From NCBI GenBank assembly GCA_964461615.1, contig CAYWWC010000001.1:1-58231 (forward strand): DNA of 58,231 nucleotides, written 5' to 3'. Shown in pieces: positions 44,718-53,405 of this stretch. The notes beneath the pieces are model-generated. The model made no database searches. It saw only the letters and a list, made by a program, of their open reading frames with translations, and was not told the DNA's origin. Each line of letters opens with the position of its first letter. Position 1 is the first letter of the stretch. Source of the DNA: an uncultured Anaerolineae bacterium. GTDB taxonomy: Bacteria; Chloroflexota; Anaerolineae; VGOG01. The position numbers and the translations under genes were made by a program.

Positions 44718-47462
44718 ATGAATAAGAAGCATTGGACGACGTTAGGTCTGGCACTGGGAGTTTTGGTGCTGGGAGTTTTGGTGGGCCTGATGACGGTCGG
44801 CACTGTAGCAGCCGACCCGACGCCCGGAGTGAAGATCCAGATCCCTCGCCTAGACGTGGGAGATATGGGAAATGGTGACTGGGAGACCTGGATTCACGTG
44901 CAGAACGTGAGCCTGCCGGACCCAGTTACCGGGGTAGAGCCGAACACCGGGGCGGTCTTCTTGGGATGGGGCGCATACTCTGGACTTTGTCCCACCAACG
45001 ATCCAGGGGTTATTGCCCACTACTGCCAATTGATCCAAGGAAACGCCCTCTGGACTTTGAGAACCCAGATCGACGAGGCAGTCAAGTCGGCCATAGTCTA
45101 CACGGTCAGAGAGGATTTGCTCCAGGAGGCTTGCTTCGCCTCAGAATTGACCGAGGGTGATAAGGTTGCGTGGGCATGCTGGGTGGAGGAATGGGAGTTT
45201 GGCACGTGTGAGGGCGACGGAGGGGGCTGGAATGATGGCCCCGGGGATGCTTTCGGAGAAGACGTAGCCGTCACGGTGACCCGTTATGGGCCTAATGACT
45301 ACGGCACTTTTGTCTCCAGCACCTACACTGGAATCTCCAGGGAGATGGATGGCGAGGGTGCTCCGTGGGAGTACTATGCCCCCTACGTTATGAAAGGTTA
45401 CAACGGCCTGGACACAGAGTTGACTATCCAGAACTCAGGCGATTTGTGCACCTCGGTATGGATAGACTACATACCGGAAGGAACCTGCGGCATTCAATAT
45501 AAGCAGCACATTGAGCAGTTAGCGCCGGGTGAGTCCGTGCGGGTGCCGAGTGACATCGCGCGTGTGTTCCCTGAGGAGTATGATGGCCGGGGTGATCCCC
45601 TTGAGTGTTTCTGGCTGGGATCGGCCCACATCGCGGCCGAGCAGCCCCTGGGCATCATCGTGGACCAAACGAGCTCTGATGCACCTTGCTTCGGCCAGGA
45701 TCAGGGTACTTTACTGACCCATCGCGCTCGGCCCAAAATGGAGAAGAGAGGCGAGGAATTCATTGAGGACTATAGAGTCTACGCCGACCTCATCTTCCGC
45801 GAGTGGAGCGGTTGGAGCTCCAGCATTCAGGTGCAGAACCTGAGTCGAGAAGGACTGAATACTTTCGTGACCGTGGACTTCTTGGACAACAGTGGCGACG
45901 AGGTACTCTTCCTCGCCGACTGGGTATGCCCTGGCGATTCCACCACCTTCTACCTGCCGATAGTCAACAACCTGGGCTTCGACTACGTAGGGGCAGCCGA
46001 GATCGAATCGCACGATCAAGTGAACTACCCAGGTGGAGTGACAGAAGGACAGCCCATCTTCGCCGTGGTAGACCTGAAGAAGCCGGTTGATCCGCCCCTT
46101 AACAATTACGCGCAGGGAGGGAGCTACAATGCTCATCCTTACTCCCAAAAGGAGTGGGTAAGCGAGATCGCCCTTCCCTTCGTTTCCAAAGCCACAGGGG
46201 GTTTCCCTCCCCCCTCAGGCGAGGCGTGGACCTCCCTGATCGCCATCCGCAACAACTCCAACTGCAACAAGATCAAGCCTGAGATCCACTTCAAAGACGA
46301 AACCGGGACGATTGTGTGCACGATCCAGAGTTTCTGGCTCAGGCCTAAGCACGTCAAGATGTTTGACCTTACCGAGATCGGCTGCTTGTGGCCAGGCTAT
46401 ATCGGCGCGGCCAGGGTGTATGTCGAACAGTTCGAGCAACTCTGCGATGTGGACAACGATGGCCACGTGGACAACGAGCCCCTCATGCCTTCCGTGATAG
46501 TAGTGCAGGAGGGTATTCACGACGGCGGCGGCGATATCACCAACATCTACGAGGGCATCCCCTATCGCAAAAACATAACTACCTGCGACGGCAACCTCTT
46601 CGGCGATGTTACCGTTCGGCAGGCAGACCACGGGTATGACCGCGAAGAGATCCGATACGTTGCGGTGACCGCCACGGACGAGGAGGGACTCCTCATCGAC
46701 ACCACTGACTCCACCGGTGGCTACCAGATCACGGGTGTGACGGTGGAGGGATCCAGTGGCGCTGTCACGATGGCGTTCACCAAAACAGACTTCTTCGACG
46801 GCGCAGCGACACCTACTGTCAACTGCGGCGGTGAGACCCAGCAGAACTTCGAGCTCATCTGCTCCAACCCGCTGACCGTTACGACGAGGTACTCCACAGT
46901 GCTTGGCTCTGGGGTCCTCCCCAATGTCTTGGTGGATGGACTAGCGACATACCGAAACGGGAATGGGGACAACGAGGTCCTGGCGTACACTGTCACGACC
47001 GACAACGACGGTATCTCGACGGTTCCTGTGGCTGGTGGTCAGACGATCACCGGTACAGCAACACTGTTTGGTTATGACGACGCCACAGACATCTATACGA
47101 CGACGGCAACCACTGTCTGCAGCTTATCCCCGTCCCTAACCTTCACGATGTGCCAGTGGAACAGCATCGTGGGCACGGTCACCATCGGCGGCTCGGCGGC
47201 TGAGGGCTACAGGGTTGATGCTGTCCGGACGGATACGTGGGCCGTGGTTGATACCGACACTACCACCTCCCTGGGCGTGTTCATGCTGCACAACTTCAGC
47301 AAGGCGGTCTATGAGGCGGGGACGGGCTATCCGTATGACATCAGGCTCTACAACCCCAGCGATTCGCTCATCTCCACGAAGACCGGCATCACTGTCACCA
47401 CGTGCGGTGCTACCGGGGTGCTTACTTACACTACCAATGTTTGGGATGGGCCAACTTGGTAG
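44718..47462 (+). CDS. Large secreted/anchored protein of unknown function with four internal beta-sandwich-like modules and CarboxypepD_reg-like C-terminal domains
   Basis: SD AAAGGAGG and an A-rich leader precede the start. An N-terminal TM/signal segment is present. A signature recurs four times: WETWIHVQNVS, ELTIQNSGDLCTSVWIDY, WSSSIQVQNLSREGLNTFVTVDF and WTSLIAIRNNSNCNKIKPEIHF. Confidence 0.8.
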   Translation: MNKKHWTTLGLALGVLVLGVLVGLMTVGTVAADPTPGVKIQIPRLDVGDMGNGDWETWIHVQNVSLPDPVTGVEPNTGAVFLGWGAYSGLCPTNDPGVIAHYCQLIQGNALWTLRTQIDEAVKSAIVYTVREDLLQEACFASELTEGDKVAWACWVEEWEFGTCEGDGGGWNDGPGDAFGEDVAVTVTRYGPNDYGTFVSSTYTGISREMDGEGAPWEYYAPYVMKGYNGLDTELTIQNSGDLCTSVWIDYIPEGTCGIQYKQHIEQLAPGESVRVPSDIARVFPEEYDGRGDPLECFWLGSAHIAAEQPLGIIVDQTSSDAPCFGQDQGTLLTHRARPKMEKRGEEFIEDYRVYADLIFREWSGWSSSIQVQNLSREGLNTFVTVDFLDNSGDEVLFLADWVCPGDSTTFYLPIVNNLGFDYVGAAEIESHDQVNYPGGVTEGQPIFAVVDLKKPVDPPLNNYAQGGSYNAHPYSQKEWVSEIALPFVSKATGGFPPPSGEAWTSLIAIRNNSNCNKIKPEIHFKDETGTIVCTIQSFWLRPKHVKMFDLTEIGCLWPGYIGAARVYVEQFEQLCDVDNDGHVDNEPLMPSVIVVQEGIHDGGGDITNIYEGIPYRKNITTCDGNLFGDVTVRQADHGYDREEIRYVAVTATDEEGLLIDTTDSTGGYQITGVTVEGSSGAVTMAFTKTDFFDGAATPTVNCGGETQQNFELICSNPLTVTTRYSTVLGSGVLPNVLVDGLATYRNGNGDNEVLAYTVTTDNDGISTVPVAGGQTITGTATLFGYDDATDIYTTTATTVCSLSPSLTFTMCQWNSIVGTVTIGGSAAEGYRVDAVRTDTWAVVDTDTTTSLGVFMLHNFSKAVYEAGTGYPYDIRLYNPSDSLISTKTGITVTTCGATGVLTYTTNVWDGPTW

Positions 47463-47495
47463 TAACGCCAGCGGTTTTTGCAGGCTGAGAAGTTC

Positions 47496-47530
47496 AAAAG
47501 CCACCAGGGGGAAACCCCTGGTGGCTTTTT
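47496..47530. terminator. Bidirectional intrinsic terminator between convergent genes
   Basis: The sequence is AAAAGCCACCAGGGG-gaaa-CCCCTGGTGGCTTTTT. Confidence 0.85.
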
Positions 47531-47562
47531 GTTGTACCTCAAGCGTAGTATTCAAGCCGGTG

Positions 47563-48855
47563 TCAGCGTGGATCCCGTTCACCCAAAACTCGCCGCAGAT
47601 CCTCGTGGCTGCTCATGGCAGCCACGGTGTCAACGAACTCTCTGAGAGAAGCGCTCTCCCATCGCAGCCTCTGCAACGCCTCCCCGATGGGGTCCACGGA
47701 GGTGGGGCTGGTGGCGTAGGAACCATGAAAGGCGAAGTAGGCCTGGTTCAGCTTCCTGATGTAGTAACCCTGGGATACGAGGAAGCGGCGTCGCTCCTCC
47801 ATGTACTCCTCAGCCCTCTCTACATTGCCCTGGGCCAGCATTTCATCAACCGTCAGTCGGATGCGCCTCATCTCGCGATTGAACTCAGACTCGACTGGCT
47901 CCGACTGAGGCTGTTCTTCATCATTATTATTATCATTGTTACTGTTATCATCCTTCTGTTCGACGGGGGGAGGGGGTGCTACTGTGTAGCCTAGCTCAGG
48001 ATAGAAGCGGGCGATGACCAGGCCGCCGATCTCGTCACCGACGATAGAAGCCACCGTCTCGTTGATGGTTCTCATCTGACGGCTGTCATCGTAGCGCCAG
48101 CCCAGCGGCCTGAAGAACAAAAGGCCGTGAACCCACTCGTGGGCAGCGGTATTGACAATGAAGCTCAGCGAGGCCACTTCCATTATCATGGTTGGATAGA
48201 CCGATAGTCCCCCGACGCCTACGGTTAGCGACGACACGTCAAAAGTCTCGTCAATTTCCTCCTCGATAGCCTCTCGTACGTCTAAGCCCAAACCGTGTTC
48301 GAGATAGACCCCTTTCCTAACCCGTATCTCCTGACGGGGTGAGATCACCAGGTAGATGGGCAATTGCTCGAACTGGAACTTGACTGGAGGCCAAATGATC
48401 CCTAGAGTCTCCAGATCTTGAGAGAGCAGAACTTCGGTTATTTGCTCTTCCAGAATAGCCTCTACTTGACCCTGCGTTTTCGCCTGTCGCTGTCTCAATT
48501 CCGCCAACTCCTGGCGCAAGGGCAATGCAACTGCGGACGGATTCTTCTCCTCGGCGCTGTAGGTTTGCTGGATGCTCCGTTCCAATTGACCGATCTGCTG
48601 GATGAGGGAGATGTAATCGAGGACGATGGCTTTTTTCCCCTCCTCGCTCAAGCCCCCCGCTGCGCCCGTCAACATCTGATCAAGCTTCCGAGTGATGGCG
48701 CCAGCTTCCCACCTGGCAAAACTGAACTCGTGGCCGGCCACCACCGCGCCCATTCGATAGTCGAAGATTCGGTAGGTAGGGATGACACTGCCATTTAGGA
48801 AGACCAAGAGGAAAAGAAGGATTCCTAAGGCTACTCTTACCACTTTTTTGAACAT
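47563..48855 (-). CDS. Membrane-anchored putative zinc metallopeptidase (HEXXH)
   Basis: 430 aa with N-terminal TM helix VALGILLFLLVFL. The motif AAHEWVHG is present, with a low-complexity acidic insert DDNSNNDNNNDEEQPQSEP. Confidence 0.65.
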   Translation of the reverse strand: MFKKVVRVALGILLFLLVFLNGSVIPTYRIFDYRMGAVVAGHEFSFARWEAGAITRKLDQMLTGAAGGLSEEGKKAIVLDYISLIQQIGQLERSIQQTYSAEEKNPSAVALPLRQELAELRQRQAKTQGQVEAILEEQITEVLLSQDLETLGIIWPPVKFQFEQLPIYLVISPRQEIRVRKGVYLEHGLGLDVREAIEEEIDETFDVSSLTVGVGGLSVYPTMIMEVASLSFIVNTAAHEWVHGLLFFRPLGWRYDDSRQMRTINETVASIVGDEIGGLVIARFYPELGYTVAPPPPVEQKDDNSNNDNNNDEEQPQSEPVESEFNREMRRIRLTVDEMLAQGNVERAEEYMEERRRFLVSQGYYIRKLNQAYFAFHGSYATSPTSVDPIGEALQRLRWESASLREFVDTVAAMSSHEDLRRVLGERDPR

Positions 48856-48925
48856 CGTCAGTACCTTTCGCTATTCATTTTTACCTTTGATGATACAACA
48901 TGTTCGCCAATTGTCAAGTAAACCA

Positions 48926-49027
48926 CCCCCCAGCAAGCTGGGGGGCATTCCCATAGGAATGATTGTATTGGGGGCTTGCCGCCCCCAAACCCCCGCTGGC
49001 CATTCCTCCCCCCAGCAAGCTGGGGGG
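48926..49027. repeat. Cluster of C-run/G-run minihairpins
   Basis: CCCCCCAGCAAGCTGGGGGG occurs twice (48926-48945 and 49008-49027), with TGGGGGC-ttgcc-GCCCCCA (48969-48987) between them. Confidence 0.8.
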
Positions 49028-49227
49028 CATCTTGGCTACCTTAGTGAACGGCCCAAACAAAAGAGCTCTCTCAAAGGTTGAGGGCTCTTTCGCTGTAGGC
49101 TGGTATGGTTATTCAGCGTGCCTAGCCTGCCCAGGCCAACGCCCGTCGCTCCTGCTCCTGGGCTACCGCCTTCTCCTCCGCCTCGGAACGACGACGGATG
49201 TCGAACAGCAGAGAGTAATCCTTCTCG

Positions 49228-49638
49228 TCATCGGCTAGTAGGCTTCGCCGTGAGATCAGCCGAAAGCGGGTCATCTTGCAGGACACGAATGATCTCCCCC
49301 TGCAAGGCTCGATAGGTGACCGGCTCAGTGCGCTTCAGGAGGCGGCGCAGGGACTTATCATTCAGCCCGTCCAGCACCGGCAGCAATTCCTGCAACAAGA
49401 CGTCTTCGACTGCCAGTTCGATCAAGTGTTGGATTGAGCGAGCACTGACCACACCGAACAGGGCATGAACGAACAGCAGGGCATCGGCCGGCAATCCACT
49501 GTATTTGCTGATGCCCAATTGGTCCACCAAGTCTGGTATGCCCAACCCTTCCCACAGCCGTCGCAGTAGACCACTCCGGGCGCGCGGTTGCTCTGGGATC
49601 TTACCTGCTGCTTCCTGGTAGATGACAACCTGTGACAT
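49228..49638 (-). CDS. Hypothetical protein; possibly a truncated N-terminal fragment of an IS-family transposase
   Basis: ATG at 49638 follows GGGAGGG. SGLLRRLWEGLGIPDLVDQLGI...ALLFVHALFGVVSARSIQHL...LNDKSLRRLLKR resembles transposase N-terminal regions from memory. The ORF stops early and a second frame continues to 49122. Confidence 0.35.
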   Translation of the reverse strand: MSQVVIYQEAAGKIPEQPRARSGLLRRLWEGLGIPDLVDQLGISKYSGLPADALLFVHALFGVVSARSIQHLIELAVEDVLLQELLPVLDGLNDKSLRRLLKRTEPVTYRALQGEIIRVLQDDPLSADLTAKPTSR

Positions 49639-49717
49639 GATACACCCTCCCATCTCTCATAAAGGTGACATATAGGATGCCACAAGTAGGATGCCACAAG
49701 GGAACGGATTCCGGTTC

Positions 49718-52393
49718 TCAATCTGCTTCCTTCCCAATCCGCTGTAGTCTTTCGCCAACAACCAGCGGATAGATTACCACCAGTGCTGCCAAGTACGCCA
49801 CACTCCCCCCTACCAGCACCCGCGAGAAGCCGAAGGAGATGGCCAGCATGGCCGATAGGATGGAGGCCAGCACCGAGGTGCAGCCGTTGATGCCCCAGGC
49901 CCAGGGGACGAGGTCAGGGGCCAGGCGGCCTATGATTTCAATGCCCTTGGGGAAGGGCACGCCCATCAGGAAACCCAGTGGGGCCAGACTCAAGATGGAG
50001 ACCAGGAGGCGCAGGCCCAGGCTCTGGCCCAACAGCAATTGGAAGACAACAGGGAGGATGAGGGGATAGAGGATGATGGCGACGATCAAGGCCAGCAGGG
50101 TTTTGGGCAAAGATAACCTGGCCGAGATCATGCTGCCCAGCCCTGAGAACAGGAGGATGGCGAAGAGTACGGCGGCGAAGGCGTAGACTGGGTGGCCCAA
50201 GAAAAGGATGAATTGCTGCATCAGCGGTATCTCGACGAAGAGATAGCCCAGACCCAGCGCGGCGAAGTAAGCGAAAATGCGCCACCTGTTCGGCCGCCGG
50301 ATCGCCAGATCCGGCGGGAGCAGGGGGGTAGTGGGCCTCCGGCGGAACAGCAAAGGCAGCAGGATGAGGATGGCCGAGGCCAGAACGGCCAAGATCAGGA
50401 GAGCCACCAGCACGAAGTAGCCGCTTCCGCCGAAGGGCTGCCAGATCTTGCCGAAGGTCTGCAGGATCTCTGGCGTCTGGCTCCACTTGAAGAAGTGGAA
50501 GAAGAAGGGGCGATCATCACTGGTGGGAGAGACATCGTAGGCGTAGTCAGCGTAGAAACTAGCTCGGTCGCCGAACAGGAGGGACTGGAAGGCTCGGTAG
50601 TAAAGCGGCTCCTGGTAGGCGTTGTAACGATTGGCCTCGTTCTCCTGGATGCCTGGATAGTACACCAGGTCGAATTGCTGTTCTCGACAGAAGCTTTTCA
50701 CCGCCTTGATCTCCTCAGCCGTGAACTCCCCGTTTTTGATCAGCAGCAGTAGGGTTGACCAACTGCGGATAGCGACCAGACGCAGCTCCGGTTGGTGGAG
50801 GCCCGCTTTCTCCAAAGCCGTCACCGCCAGTGCCCCGACCCGCAGGTTCTCGCTGGGCGGCGTTTGCAGCCAGCGGCTCACCACCAGCAAGCCGCCCTCG
50901 CTCAGGTGGGCAAGGTAGTCAACAAAAGCCTCCACGGTGTAAAGATAGCTCTCCGATAGGCTGTAAGCTCCGGAGGTCACGGGTCTGTAGGTGTCGGCCA
51001 ACGACACCTGGACGACGTCGAAGAATGTCTCCCCCACTCGCCTCACATAGCTGCGCCCGTTCTCCACCACTACTGTCACTCGCGGGTCCTGATACGGGCT
51101 CAAATCTCCCCCCCCTTGATCCCCCCCCAACGGGGGGGGAAAGGCGTCTTTGGCGACTTCGATCACTAGCGGATTGCTCTCTACGGCTACGATCGACGAG
51201 GCCCCTCCGTGTAAGGCCGCCAGGACGTCGAGGCCGCCTCTAGGCTCAATGATCAGGGCTTTCGCCTGGGGACGGAGGCGGTAGGGCAAGGAGACGGGCA
51301 GGTAGTCAATGAAATCCAGCTTTTCGGGTTTGGTTATGGGGGAGAGATTGTCACCGTCGGTGAAGAGGCCCTTTTGAAGCGGCAGAGAGCCAGGATAGGC
51401 CAGGCTCAGGCCCGGCGCCGACTTCACTCCCTGGCTCTTAATCACATCAACCCGGGAGAAAGCGTTCCAGCGGCTGAAGACGACCTCCGCTCCCGGATAG
51501 AGCAACGCCTGGCTGAGACCTTTGTAGGGGGAGAGGCGAACCTCCAGGAAAGATGGGGGGCGGAGGGTAAGGAAGAGCAGGACTAAAGCAATGATGCTGG
51601 GTATTAGAGATTGGAGATTGGAGAACCTACCCCCACCCAGCCTCCCCCTGGCAGGGGGAGGAGTCTGAGTTCCCCTCCCTGCGAGGGAGGGGCTAGGGGA
51701 GGGTGAGCCTTCCGTTGAGAACCCACTCCCACCCAGCCTACCCCTGCCAGGGGGAGGAGTCTGACTTCCCCGCCCTGCGAGGGAGGGGCTAGGGGAGGGT
51801 GAGCCTTCTGAAGCAAAGGCTATCGCCGCCAGCGCCCCCAACAACGCGCTGAGCATCACTGTCCCTGCCCCACCCAGGAGAGGCAAAGCTACTACTGCAA
51901 CCACACAGCCAACGGCTGAACCAGCCAAGTTGAAGGAATAGATACTACCCGCTCGTTCAGGCCGCGCCGCCAGCAGGACGCCTACGGCCAGGCCGCTGAA
52001 GAAAAAAGGCAGCGCCAGGAACAGATAGTAGACAGCCAGGAAGAGGATCTGCTCTCGATCCCAGGCGATACGATAGGAGTCGAAGGGGATGTAGTTGATG
52101 TTCAGATAGCTGGCTACAATGCCAAGAGCCTGAAGTGTTGAGAGGTTAGCGAGAAGCCTGGTCGGATTTTTCTTGACCAGGTTGGGGAAAAGGGAGAGGA
52201 AGGAGCCACTGACTCCGAAGCCCAGGAGGGCGATGCTGACCGCCATGAAAGCGAAGTGATACCATTGGGCCAGGGAAAAAATCCGCGTGAGGGTGATCTC
52301 CAGGCACAAGCCGGCCATGGAGAGCAAAAAAACGCCCAGGTTGGTCAGGTGGTCGTTGGTCGGGTGGTCATTCGCGAGGGTTTCCGCCGTCAT
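49718..52393 (-). CDS. Polytopic membrane protein with a central spermidine-synthase-like (class I MTase fold) domain (fused MFS/spermidine synthase type)
   Basis: 891 aa. The N-terminal TM bundle begins FLLSMAGLCLEITLTRIFSLAQWYHF. The central soluble block is ALIIEPRGGLDVLAALHGGASSIVAVESNP, followed by C-terminal TM helices. Repeat-derived inserts are present. Confidence 0.8.
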   Translation of the reverse strand: MTAETLANDHPTNDHLTNLGVFLLSMAGLCLEITLTRIFSLAQWYHFAFMAVSIALLGFGVSGSFLSLFPNLVKKNPTRLLANLSTLQALGIVASYLNINYIPFDSYRIAWDREQILFLAVYYLFLALPFFFSGLAVGVLLAARPERAGSIYSFNLAGSAVGCVVAVVALPLLGGAGTVMLSALLGALAAIAFASEGSPSPSPSLAGRGSQTPPPGRGRLGGSGFSTEGSPSPSPSLAGRGTQTPPPARGRLGGGRFSNLQSLIPSIIALVLLFLTLRPPSFLEVRLSPYKGLSQALLYPGAEVVFSRWNAFSRVDVIKSQGVKSAPGLSLAYPGSLPLQKGLFTDGDNLSPITKPEKLDFIDYLPVSLPYRLRPQAKALIIEPRGGLDVLAALHGGASSIVAVESNPLVIEVAKDAFPPPLGGDQGGGDLSPYQDPRVTVVVENGRSYVRRVGETFFDVVQVSLADTYRPVTSGAYSLSESYLYTVEAFVDYLAHLSEGGLLVVSRWLQTPPSENLRVGALAVTALEKAGLHQPELRLVAIRSWSTLLLLIKNGEFTAEEIKAVKSFCREQQFDLVYYPGIQENEANRYNAYQEPLYYRAFQSLLFGDRASFYADYAYDVSPTSDDRPFFFHFFKWSQTPEILQTFGKIWQPFGGSGYFVLVALLILAVLASAILILLPLLFRRRPTTPLLPPDLAIRRPNRWRIFAYFAALGLGYLFVEIPLMQQFILFLGHPVYAFAAVLFAILLFSGLGSMISARLSLPKTLLALIVAIILYPLILPVVFQLLLGQSLGLRLLVSILSLAPLGFLMGVPFPKGIEIIGRLAPDLVPWAWGINGCTSVLASILSAMLAISFGFSRVLVGGSVAYLAALVVIYPLVVGERLQRIGKEAD
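51621..51809. repeat. Two tandem 96-bp GC-palindrome-rich units, in frame inside the membrane protein gene
   Basis: Units lie at 51621-51716 and 51717-51809. Each contains CCCCTGSCAGGGGG and CCCTCCCTGCGAGGGAGGG palindromes. On the coding strand they read EGSPSPSPSLAGRG(S/T)QTPPP(G/A)RGRLGG twice. Confidence 0.85.
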
Positions 52394-53328
52394 CGGTCAA
52401 CTGCCACTCGAAATTGGGGATCCGAGGTCAGCATCCGTTTTAGGCCTTCATCCAGGTCAACCTTGGGGCTGTAACCCAGCATCCGTCGGGCCAGGTCGAT
52501 GTCGGCTACCAGACGGGGGACGCCGCCGTTATCGGCCTGGCTGTAAAGGGAGCTGACTTCGCGGCCGGTGGCCCGAGCTACTTTCTCCACCAACTGGTTG
52601 ATGCTTACCTCCTGGCCGCTCCCCACGTTGATGATGCGGCGGTCCACGTCGGAGGCCGTGGCTGCTGCGAACAGGGCGTCCACAACGTCATCAATGTACA
52701 CGAAATCCCTGGTCTTGTTCCCGTCGCCAAAGACGATCAGCGAGCCGCCTCCCAGGGCTTGTTTGAGGAACTGAGGAATGACCGGGGCGTGGGAAGCGGG
52801 CACGAATTGCCCTGGCCCATAAGCATTGAATATCCTGAGCGCAACCGTCTCTATACCGCAGAGGGCGCCGATAGTGGAGACGTAGTGCTCCGAGGCGATC
52901 TTGCTCACCGCGTAGGGCGAGCGAGGGTTGGGGATGGTTTTCTCGCTGATGGGCTGCTTGTGCTTTCCGCCGTAAACAGCTCCAGACGAGGCCAGGACCA
53001 CCCTTTTCACCCCCGCGTCCCGCACGGCCTCCATGACGGCCACCGTGCCGCCTACGTTCACGTCGTTGTAGTCACGGGGATACAGCATGGACTCCGGAAC
53101 GGAAACCCGCGCCGCCAGGTGATAGACACAGTCCACGTGCTGCAGCAGCGTCCAGAGCTTGGGGATATCTCTTACGTCGCCGCGGGTGAAGAGCACCTGG
53201 GAATTGAGGCGCGAGAGATCGCCGGCACTGAGGTCGTCCAGGACCCGCACGTGATGCCCTTTCCCAATCAAACGATTTGCCAGGGCGGCGCCGATGAAAC
53301 CAGCCCCGCCAGTGATGAGACAACGCAC
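52390..53328 (-). CDS. NAD-dependent sugar-nucleotide epimerase/dehydratase (GalE-like SDR)
   Basis: ITGGAGFIGAAL Rossmann motif and YAVSK catalytic motif are present. GTG start follows GGAAGGG. There is a 4-nt overlap with the downstream membrane protein gene. Confidence 0.85.
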   Translation of the reverse strand: MRCLITGGAGFIGAALANRLIGKGHHVRVLDDLSAGDLSRLNSQVLFTRGDVRDIPKLWTLLQHVDCVYHLAARVSVPESMLYPRDYNDVNVGGTVAVMEAVRDAGVKRVVLASSGAVYGGKHKQPISEKTIPNPRSPYAVSKIASEHYVSTIGALCGIETVALRIFNAYGPGQFVPASHAPVIPQFLKQALGGGSLIVFGDGNKTRDFVYIDDVVDALFAAATASDVDRRIINVGSGQEVSINQLVEKVARATGREVSSLYSQADNGGVPRLVADIDLARRMLGYSPKVDLDEGLKRMLTSDPQFRVAVDR

Positions 53329-53355
53329 TTTTCACCCTTCCATGACCCCAATACT

Positions 53356-53381
53356 CCCGCCGGATTTGACAATCCGGCGGG
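53356..53381. other. 11-bp-stem hairpin between pmbA and the epimerase gene
   Basis: The sequence is CCCGCCGGATT-tgac-AATCCGGCGGG, with no U-tract. Confidence 0.6.
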
Positions 53382-53405
53382 GAAAGCCTGGATGCTGAGC
53401 TAAGG

